Assembly: GCA_024137785.1 (NCBI GenBank)
Contig: JAHRHZ010000091.1
Span: 6,667,826 to 6,731,825, forward strand
Origin: Ginglymostoma cirratum
Taxonomy: Eukaryota
DNA: 64,000 nucleotides
Direction: 5' to 3'
The notes beneath the pieces are model-generated. The model saw only the letters and a list, made by a program, of their open reading frames with translations, made no database searches and was not told where the DNA came from. The position numbers and the translations under genes were made by a program. Each line of letters starts with the position of its first letter. Positions within the stretch are counted from its first letter, which is position 1. This document shows, piece after piece, positions 1-8,480 of the stretch.

Positions 1-414
1 TCTACTATCATGTTTAAAGTGTCGTATTGCTGTTGATAATGGGCAGGTCCTTTATGTTGTTTGTGTTTTTGGATTTTTTCCTCTACTTATATGCAGCATC
101 CAGCTGATTAAAACAAAGGGGTCTGTTGTCGCAGCAAGGTAATTTACTTATAGAATTCAATGCTTGACAGTAACCTATTGGTCTTCCTGAGGTTTACTTC
201 CCAGCTTCAACTGAAATTGCCTACCGATGCCAATAGATGGAGCACTGGACTTGTGAGCAATGTGCCATTTTACAAATGGGGCCCGACTTAGGTTGGTTTT
301 AATAAGTGGCATTACCACTGAGCAAAAACTGTAGAAGATCAATAACAGCAGATCTTCAGATGTCTAGCATGAAACTAGTAGTCCTGGAAGGAAAAACAGC
401 ACGCCAAGAAGATA

Positions 415-588
415 ACACAGTGTGGAGCCGGAGGAATACAGCAGGCCAGGTAGCGTCAGAGGAGCAGGAAAGCTGACGTTTTGGGTCGGGACCCTTCTTC
501 AACCTGAATCATCAGCTTTCCTGCTCTCCTGATGCTTCCTGGCCTGCTGTGTTCCTCCAGCTCCAGCATCAGCAGTTCTTACTATCTC
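415..588. mobile_element. Fold-back PLE-related non-autonomous element (family A), degenerate hammerhead motif on - strand
   Basis: Left arm (cagcaggccagg..ggagcaggaaagctgacgttttgggtcgggacccttcttca) is inverted against the right arm (tcagctttcctgctc..ggcctgctgtgttcctccagctcc). Flanked by a 15-bp direct repeat cac(g/a)ccaagaagata at 400-414 and 589-603. Confidence 0.8.
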
Positions 589-1199
589 CACACCAAGAAG
601 ATAGTTCCCTGTAAACTAAAACAAAAATACAAAAGGTAACAGTTGCAATATTGTGCAAAGTCAAGTGATTTGCAAGTGTGGTATAATGGGCTAAAGCTTA
701 ATTATTGAGTTGCAAGAAAGTAATTCAACGAACATGTTAAGAAAATGACACAAACGGAAACTGCTACATTGCACAGTGCAGGCAGCTCACGCAACCAACA
801 GTAGGTGGGTGGGGATAAAATCTACATGGTCATAGTACAGGCTGTACAGTACGGTAGGGATCCTGCTAGTGAACAGATCTCAACAGGAACTGATTGCAGT
901 TGTTCCTACGAACTCTACATATTGGTATATCTGTGTGTCAGTGTACACACATATAATGGTCACGTGTTTTAGCATTAGAAGGAAGAACTTGGATATCTAT
1001 AGCACCCTTCCCAATCTCAGAACTTTCCAAAACACTCCATAACCAAAGGATTGAAATAAAGAAAATGAGGGTGGTCTACTTTTGCCTTTTTCCCTTTCAA
1101 CCAGAAGACAGCTTCTTTCAACCAGAAGAATGCACTCGCCATATGAAACTTAAATTCAGGTACAGAGCCCTTTTCCCTACCTGTGGAGAGGGCAAGACT

Positions 1200-1600
1200 G
1201 GGATTTGGGAAAGTCAGGCTTTGGGTAGGTTGGAGAATTGAGACAGACTGTGAAATGAGTGGTCAGGGAGAGACAAGAGACCAAGAACTGCAAGATCAGG
1301 ACTTGTGTGGATTGGACAGAGGGATATGTTTGGTGTAGGGCCCAGAAATTTCTACAGTATTGGAAGCAGCAACATGGTAATGAGGGAGAGGAGCAGCCAA
1401 TAAAGGGGTGAGTGAAACCCAGAAACATTACTCTGGGTAAAGAATGGAAAATGCTTGTGAATCTGTGAGTGAATCAATTAACAGGAGTACAGAGACTGAG
1501 GAGTCTCAGAGAAGAACCAAAGGGAAAATGAAAGCCTTGTATTTCTCAGCTGCTTCATAGCAGCAGTTGGTGTGAAACCATGAGCAAAGATGCTAAACTA
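1200..1600 (-). mobile_element. Degenerate L2-like LINE fragment
   Basis: Purine-rich degenerate sequence resembling the reverse complement of an L2 ORF2; no intact ORF; recognised by eye only. Confidence 0.35.
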
Positions 1601-2029
1601 CAGGAGACCAATCTTTATAATGTAAATGTACTAACATCTGCAGACACAACATTGATCAGAAAATCTCACGATCAAACCACCAACCACAGTCGGTAAACTT
1701 TGCTACTACTATTTTTGTGAGGAAAGGGTCAAATGAAAGCCAAAATCTTCCATTTGAAAAGACAAGAGTTGGAAGGGGAATGGTCATAGAGGGGAAGAGG
1801 CCCATTGTGACTGTGTTGGTCATCAAGCATCTGTATATTCTAGTTACATTTTCCAGCACTTGGCCCATTGCCTTGTATGCTAGTGTTTCAAATGATCATC
1901 TAAATATTTCTTAAATGTTGTGATGGTTCCTACCTCTACCCTCTTCCTGGCAATCACTCCCAGATACGCATCACACTTTTTCAGTAAAGAAGAATGCTTT
2001 CTTAAATCATGTCCAAACCTCCTGCTCTC

Positions 2030-3140
2030 CATCTTAAAAGTCCTAGTTATTCACCACAGATTCTTTCTATCTACCCTATCCTTCATAATTTTGGACACTA
2101 CATTCAGGAACCTCCTCCACCACCCCGCCCCCACCTTCACTGCATTAGGAAAATGACCCTGGCCCATCTAGTCTCTCTCCATAGCTGAGTGACTTTGGCC
2201 AATCAACATCTTGATGAATCTCCTCTGCACCTTCTCTGGTGCAACGACATCCTCCCTACAGTGTGGCGACCAGCGAACATTATGTACATCTTCATCATAA
2301 CCTCCTTGTTCTTGTATTCAATACCCTGAGTAATAATGACACATATCCCATATGTCTTCATACTCACTTTATCTACCTGTCCTGCTGTCTTTAAGGATCT
2401 GCAGACGTGCACACCAGGGCCCCTCTGATCTTCTGTACATCCTGGACCAATGCCAATCAACACAGAGTCATACTGGATGGAAACAGACCCTTCAGTCCAA
2501 TTTGTTCATTGCCAACCAGACAGCCCAATCTGACCTAGTCCTATTTTGCAAGCACATGGCCCTTATTCCTCTAAACCGTGCCTATTTGTATACCAATCCA
2601 GATGCCTTTTAAATGTTGTTATTGTAGCCACTTCCACCACTTCCTCTGGTAGCTCATTCCATACACTCTGCATGAAAAAGTCACACCTCAGGTCCTTTTG
2701 AAATCTTTCCCCGCTCATCTTAAACCTATGCCCTATAGTTTTGGACTCCACCACCCTAGAAAAAAGTCATTTGCCATTCACCCTATCCATGCCCCTCATG
2801 ATTTTATAAACCTCTATAAGGTCATCCCTCAGTCTCTGATGCTTGACCAAATAAAGTCCCAGCCTATTCAGCCTCTCCCTATAACTGACACCCTCCAGTC
2901 CCAGCACCATCCTTGTAAATCTTTTCTGCACCCTCTCAAGTTTAAGAATATCTTTTCTATAGAAGGGCGACCAGAATTGTACACAGTATTCTAAAGGTGA
3001 CCTCACCAACGTCTTGTACTCCTATAATCCATGTTCTGACCAATGAAGGCAAGCATGCCAAACACCTTTTCACTTCCGACTCCACTTTTAAAGAACCACA
3101 CGCCTGTACCCCTAGGTCTCTTTGTTTGGTAAGGGCCCTA
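2030..3140 (-). mobile_element. CR1-clade (HER1-like) LINE 3' fragments, at least two pieces
   Basis: Minus-strand ORFs give CR1 RT C-terminal motifs: LEYCVQFWSPFYRKDILKLERVQKRFTRM..RLNRLGLY..RLRDDLIEVYKIMRGMDRV (2767-3009), GHRFKMSGERF..VWNELPEEVVE..TFKRHLD (2563-2754), GIEYKNKEVM (2203-2463). Confidence 0.9.
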
Positions 3141-3229
3141 GTCTTGAGAGAACTTCAAAATGCATCATCTCAACTCTTCGGGTTTAAATTCTATTTGCCA
3201 CTGTTCAACCCATTTATATTGTCTTGTAA

Positions 3230-3990
3230 TCTAAGGCTTTCCTTCTCAGCATTTAACACACCATCAATTCTCACATCTTTTCTATCACATATCTCTGAAA
3301 CCTTAATTCACATTTGTGATCAAGTCAAGCGCTGCATTTCTGTAATTTGCTCCTTATTGGTCTTCCCATATCTGGAGACTATTGCAGCTGCCTGAACACT
3401 GTGACCTCTGCTCTACTAATACAATGACCCTATTGTTACTATCTCCATCAGTCTCTGGTCGTCAAGATCGTTTCTCTCACCTTCATGGCCTCAACCTCCT
3501 CTACACTATGATTTACTCTCACTTATGTGTTATTTTATTCAGTGTCTGCTGCTTAAATACTGGAGTACAATGAGTACATTTCAAAAGCACTTTATTGGCT
3601 GTAAAGCTCTCTGGGGATATCTGGGGTCATGCAGGATGCTAAATAAATGATTTTTTTTCTTTTGCTTCTTATTGCCCAATACTTCTCCAAATGTCAGCGA
3701 ACTCACTTTATTGTTTATGTCACTGTTCTTGAGAGAGTCTCACTTCATTGCCAGTTCACCAATATCACTCCCTCGTGTCCCAGCCATTATTTTTCCCATC
3801 AACATATAAAACAAATTATCTGGTCTTTATCACATTGCTGTTTGAGGTTGCTATGTGCAAATTTGCTGTTGCACTTCCTACACTACAACAATGGCCACAC
3901 TTTACAAAAACATCCTTCTTTGGCTGCAAAGTGCTTTGAATTGTGCGGTAGTCAGGAAAAGTGCCATAAATTGGAAGTGTAAGTCTTTTC
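3230..3990 (+). mobile_element. L2 fragment followed by DeuSINE/SacSINE1-like SINE tails
   Basis: Tail motifs acatttcaaaagcactttattggctgtaaagc (~3576-3608) and cacattgctgtttgaggttgctatgtgcaaatttgctg..ttggctgcaaagtgctttg (~3830-3940) resemble the AmnSINE1/SacSINE1 L2-derived 3' tail. Confidence 0.55.
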
Positions 3991-4124
3991 TTTAAAATTT
4001 GTTTGTTCCTCTTGAGCAGCATCCACTTTCTAAGGGATTTGGAAACATCAGTGTAATTAGACTGGACTCCGTGCTCGAAATAGGATCTGACCAAAACCCT
4101 CAGTGGTAACAAGGTTATCTCTAT

Positions 4125-4395
4125 CAGTTCTGATGAAAGGTTACACAGCTGAAAAAGTTAAGTCTATTTCTCTATCGACAGCCTGACTTGCTGGGTATTT
4201 CCAATAATTTGTTTTGATTTCAGATTTTCAACATCCACAGTGCAAGTATTTTTCTTTTGCAATCTCAGCCAGTCTATCTTCATTCAGCATAGTATTTACA
4301 ATTTCATAGCTCTGAAGAAGGGTCACTGCTTTTTCTCCACAGTTGCTGCCAGATTTGTTCAGATTCTTCAGCAATTTCTGTTTTTGTTTCAGATT
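4125..4395 (+). mobile_element. Two degenerate single arms of PLE-related family B
   Basis: cagttctgatgaaagg.. at ~4125 and ctgaagaagggtcactg..ttctccacagttgctgccaga..gcaatttctgtttttgtttcagattt at ~4312-4395 match the right arm of the element at 27995-28230. Confidence 0.7.
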
Positions 4396-4649
4396 TATAT
4401 TAAAACTGTTTGAGAGCACTGGGTTCACTAATTCATTGTGTTGGCAGAATAAATACAGAATTTATCTGATCAACACTTCCAGTTTAATATTTCTTTTCAA
4501 TACAATTTCCATTCAGTTAGCTTCATCTTTTGCATTAATTGTCCTATCCTGGTTACTTTTTAAGAGACCAAAAAGTGCAGATTGTGAACATATAAAACTG
4601 TTTCAATAGCATCGCTGCAAAAAAAAAGACAGGTTAACATTTTAGGTTT

Positions 4650-5750
4650 GTAAAATTATATGTTCCATCTTCTGATGGAATAAATCCAGATAGTAAAGGA
4701 AGCTAATAAAGAGGACATTAGGAGGCCCACAAAGGAATCTAAGTAGGTTGAGGGTCAGCAAGATCTAGTGAATAAAGTACAATGTGGGAATACATGAAAT
4801 TTTTTCATTTTGGTAAGATAAGAGTGGTGAGAGACTGCAGAGCCCTGGGATGCAGAGGGCTCTGGGTGTCCTCATGCATGAATCACAAGATTAGTATACA
4901 GGTACAGCAAGTAAAAATTAAGAAAGCTAACAGAATTGCAAATTTATTGCAAAGAAAATTGGATGCAAAACTTGGAAGGGTACACTTCAGTTATATAGGA
5001 CAGTGAGACTGCATTTGCAGTACTGTGCACAGTATCAGTCAGCTTATTTTAAGGAAGGATGTAAATGCATTAGAAGCAATTAAGAGAAGGTTTACCTTAA
5101 ATGTCTTATCAGGAAAGGTTACATTTGTATCTAAGATAACAAGGTGTAGAGCTGGATGAACACAACAGGCCAAGCAGCATCAAAGGAGCAGGAAGGCTGA
5201 CGTTTCAGGCCTAGACCCTTTGTATCTACTTGACTTTAGAACAGTAAGAGACAACTTGATTGAAACACGCAAGATCCCGAATGAGTGTTCTTGTGGTGCA
5301 ATGGTAGTGTCCTTGTTTCTGACCCCAGTGTCTCGATTCAAATCTCATCTGTTTCAGAAGTGAGTAATCACATCTTTGAACAGAAAATATCTATAAAACC
5401 CCAAGGAGTTTTCAGAGTGGATGTGGATAGGATATTTTTTCTTACAGAACTTGAGGTCACTGTTTAAAAATAAGGCATTGGTCATTTATAACACAGATGA
5501 GGCACAATTTTTTTTTCCCCTCCTCCAAGGGTGGACTCTGGAACTTCCTGAAAAGTTGTTGGGAACAGTGTCCTTGAATACATTTAAGGCAGAGGTGCAT
5601 AGATTCTTGTTAAATGAAGGAGGTGAAAATTTATCAGGGCTAGGTGGAAATGTGGGTTTGAGGTTACCATCAGATCCACCATGACCTTGTTGAATGGCAG
5701 AGCAGGCTTGAGAGACTACATCACCTACTCTAGCTCCTTGATTGTATGAA
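4650..5750 (+). mobile_element. CR1 LINE 3' fragment interrupted by later insertions
   Basis: Degenerate CR1 RT and 3' end (ggtacagcaagtaa..aaagctaac; gtactgtgcacagt; aggaaggatgtaaatgcattagaagca; tttaaggcagaggtgcatagattcttg; gaatggcagagcaggcttgag). Confidence 0.8.
5134..5218 (-). mobile_element. Single arm of PLE-related family A nested in CR1
   Basis: agataacaaggtgtagagctggatgaacac..ggctgacgtttcaggcctagaccc, flanked by a perfect 10-bp TSD tttgtatcta (5124-5133 and 5219-5228). Confidence 0.85.
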
Positions 5751-5899
5751 ACATCAAATGTAATAATGACCAGAATTTATTTCTTCTAATGTTGGTTGCA
5801 CAGACAAGCAAGAGGCCAGACCATTGGGCACTGTACCTGGAAGGGATACCATACAGATATGTGCACACTTATAATGTTTAAACTTTAACTGACACACAG

Positions 5900-6000
5900 G
5901 AAGGGAATGTTTGAAAAATTCAACAGGCCTAATAACATCTATGGAGACAGAAACAGAAACAGAGCTGACATTTCCAGTCTAGTAAGACTCTTCTTCAGAA
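5900..6000 (-). mobile_element. Degenerate arm of PLE-related family B with hammerhead-like motif
   Basis: Reverse complement reads ttCTGAAGAagagtcttactagactgGAAAtGTCagctc. Confidence 0.6.
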
Positions 6001-6065
6001 GGCTTAAACTTTAGCTGTTTTCCAAACACTGCAGAGCTCTTCCCAACTTGTCCATGTTCATGGTT

Positions 6066-6161
6066 AAAGACTGTGGATGCTGGAAATCAGAAACACAAAG
6101 TGAAATTTCTGGAAAGACTCAGCAGGTCTAGTACTATCTGTGGAGAGAAAACAAAGTGAAA
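6066..6161 (-). mobile_element. Left arm of family B element flanking the 28S fragment
   Basis: aaagactgtggatgctggaaatcagaaac..ctggaaagactcagcaggtctag..atctgtggagagaaaacaaagtgaa matches the left arms at 13543-13662 and 27995-28085. Confidence 0.8.
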
Positions 6162-6442
6162 GTGAACAACCCCCAAGGCTTGGTGAATTCTGCTTCACAT
6201 TGATAGCAACAGCCGACATCGAAGGAGCAAAAAGCCACTTATGCCGCCACAAGCCAGTCAGGCATCGCTGTAGTAACTTTCTGACACCTGCTGCTTAAAA
6301 CCCAAAAGGTCAGAAGGATCTGGAGGCTGTGCTTTCACGGCCTGCACTCGGACTGAAAACGAACATCAGGCTAGCTTCTGCATCATGGGAGGTTTCTGCC
6401 ACTTATGAGCTCGCCTTAAGACACCTGCGCGACGATGTGACA
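6162..6442 (-). pseudogene. 28S rRNA pseudogene fragment (large-subunit domain V, peptidyl-transferase region)
   Basis: The + strand matches the reverse complement of vertebrate 28S as recalled: gtgaacaa..gcttggtgaattctgcttcaca.tgatag.aa.agccgacatcgaagga.caaaaagc..gccgccacaagccagt..ctgacacct.ctgcttaaaacccaaaaggtcagaaggatc..gctttcacgg..actgaaaa..gggaggtttctg..tgagctcgcctta.gacacctgcg..tgaca. It has many substitutions and small deletions. Confidence 0.93.
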
Positions 6443-6490
6443 CTCTACCTTCACTCCATAGACCTCTGAAATTTTCCAGCAATTTCTTTT
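6443..6490 (+). mobile_element. Degenerate right arm of family B element flanking the 28S fragment
   Basis: ctctaccttcactccatagacctctgaaattttccagcaatttct resembles the right arm (aactc.gctttttctcca..agac..gctgag..tttccagcaatttctg), inverted relative to 6066-6161. Confidence 0.6.
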
Positions 6491-6590
6491 CATACCCACA
6501 ATTTGGATATTGCTGTTATAGCCCAAACGCAGTAAATACCTCCTACCTCGTCCCTATGAATCTACGAACGTACTAAACGGTCGACTGTAG

Positions 6591-6800
6591 CTCCGCCCAC
6601 ATTCATCACGCAGGCGCCTGGTTCCTGTTTGCCCCGCCCCCACGCACTCTCTGCGCAGGCGCATGGCGTCTGACTCGCCCCCTCGGTTCTCCGTACGGAC
6701 GCACCGACGGTCGCACACGGCCCCGCCCCCTCCTACTGAGCAGGCGCGCTGGTGGCACGTGACCGTCCGGGCTGGAGCCGCGCGGGGGAAATGGCCGCAG
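6591..6800 (+). promoter_or_regulatory. Promoter motif cluster: three GC boxes (Sp/KLF), NRF1 site, E-box, YY1-like site
   Basis: ctccgcccac 6591-6600, gccccgcccc 6631-6640, ggccccgccccc 6719-6730. TGCGCAGGCGCA 6652-6663 fits NRF1. CACGTGAC 6756-6763 is a USF/MYC-type E-box. AAATGGCCGC overlaps the ATG (YY1-like). Confidence 0.7.
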
Positions 6801-7272
6801 CCGCCGCTCCGTCCCTCAGCGCCGTCGCTAACGACACTCAGAGCCAGGCGGTGGCAGTGGCAGTGGCAGCAGGGGGGACTGGTAAGAGCTGCCGCTCGGA
6901 AGCCAAGTGCGGCGGTGCTGGTAACGCCGGCAGTGGTAGTAGCCGTTCCCAGGCCGTTTTGAGGCAGCAGCAACAACTCCGGCAGCGGCGAGACGAGGAG
7001 GAGAGTGAGCCCGAGGCTGGCGGCCCGCAAGCTTCAGGCTCCCCAAGTGGACACAGGGCCACGGGGGCTTCCAACTCTGGGCCGTCCCGCAACCTTCCTC
7101 AACAGCAGCAACAAGCGGCCAAAAGCTGCAGCGGGGCCCTCAGGAGCGGCCAGCAGCAGCAACAACGGGGCCGGGAGGAGGCGGCGGCTGCTGTGGCCGC
7201 TGGTAACAGGAGGCAGAGTCTGGAGAACTCGTCAGACGGGGAACCACTGAGCCGCATGGACTCGGAGGACAG
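6791..7272 (+). CDS. AEBP2: AEBP2 coding exon 1 (long-isoform low-complexity N-terminus)
   Basis: gaaATGG in good Kozak context. Translates MAAAAAPS...RRQSLENSSDGEPLSRMDSED, whose end matches vertebrate AEBP2 (SSDGEPLSRMDSEDSISST). Donor AG|gtgagg at 7273; 482 nt, phase 2. Confidence 0.93.
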
Positions 7273-8149
7273 GTGAGGGGGCGGCTGTTAGGCACTCTCC
7301 GGTCTCTCACTTTCCCCGGGGCTCAGGCTTCTCAGACGAAGCTGAAATGTAGACCTTTCTTCTCTTTTCTACCGTCTCCCTTCCAGCCGTGGTGCGATTC
7401 GGATTCTTCCCCACCCCCATGCTCTGAGTTATACCCCTTGCCCTTCTCCTGTCCCGTCCTCTGCTGCAAGAACCGAAATAGCTGTCCCCGATTCAAAAGC
7501 GTTCCTTTTTTATCTCCCCAGCCCTTGAGTTCAACTGCCGAAAAGTATTCGTTCTTTCAAACCAATGTCCTTTTGTCAGAAAGGGTACTTGTAGGTTTTG
7601 TCGTTGGGGGATACTATAAAGATAAAATAGAAAGCATATTCTTAGCCCTGCTTTTTATCGGAGTTTTTTGGGGAGCGGAGGTGGTGGTAGTGTTCTGTGA
7701 AATTTACACGACGCCCTCTCGGGAGTTTTGAGGTGTTCTCATCTTTGTTATGAGATGGCGCTTTCCGATTTTAAAAAAAAACACCTGGAAAAGCCCAACT
7801 CTATGTAACCGTAAACTCAGTTGACTTGGTCATACCGATGACTTTTAATGTCAGCCATTCAGTAAGCAAAAGATTAGTCATAGTCCAGAATAAATCATAC
7901 ATGCTCTCATTGTGTTTGTTTCAAATCCCCACGCAGATGTGATTTATTCATCGGTCTTTTAAGCTACAGCTTTTGCCGTAACATCGTGTCAGGTTCGTAA
8001 AATTGCAAATCAGTGATTATTAGCGATACGTTTGTCTTTTAATAGGGCAGATCTCCCCTTTAAAATAGTGTTTTCGCGCAGCTGACACTTTGGATCCGAG
8101 TTACTGATACTCAGCTTCGCGTTTTAAATATGAAAAGTTGACTCTGTCA

Positions 8150-8480
8150 TCGTGGCTTATTTGATAAACTTGGACCTGACTCAAGGTCGTGGGTTCAAAC
8201 CCCACACCAGTAATTAAGCATGTAATCTAAGGTGACACATCAGTGGGAACGCTGCATTGTCAAAACTGATCTCATTCAGATGATGTGAATTAAGGCATAA
8301 AAGATCTGGAACTCTGAAGAGGAGTGACTTCACGCAGCTTCTAAGCAATGATTCCTCCTTCATCTGATAACAGCATGAGCACATTAACTATTCGTCGAAT
8401 AAAATTTTAATTTGTTTATCTACATATGAGCGTTTCAAATTAATCGGACCGTGAAGTGCTTGGGGATGTCCTGAGAAGGT
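8150..8480 (+). mobile_element. Degenerate tRNA-headed DeuSINE/SacSINE1-like SINE
   Basis: B-box-like gggttcaaaccccac (~8191), taatctaaggtgacac, aaaagatct..tgaagaggag, tail aagtgcttggggatgtcctgag. Confidence 0.55.

Larger units (their letters stand above)
6560..7500. promoter_or_regulatory. CpG island, TATA-less promoter of AEBP2
   Basis: Sharp rise in GC and CpG density against an AT-rich, CpG-poor background; spans the motif cluster and exon 1. Confidence 0.9.

Noticed and set aside
6162-6442. Functional 28S rRNA gene
   Set aside because: Only ~280 nt, with many substitutions and deletions in otherwise invariant positions and no rDNA context; called a pseudogene fragment.
6752-6790. N-terminal extension from the ORF-track start at 6752
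   Set aside because: Non-ATG start; the first ATG at 6791 has good context and gives the MAAA start typical of AEBP2.
6554-7250. Overlapping ORFs on other frames and strands of exon 1 (for example 6554-7030 minus, 158 aa)
   Set aside because: Expected from low stop-codon frequency in a GC-rich island; no recognisable protein.
7273-7731. 152-aa ORF starting at the exon 1 donor, including IYTT loosely like the human short-isoform start MYTRRYS
   Set aside because: Starts at the intron GT with no ATG, is low complexity, and the resemblance is too weak.
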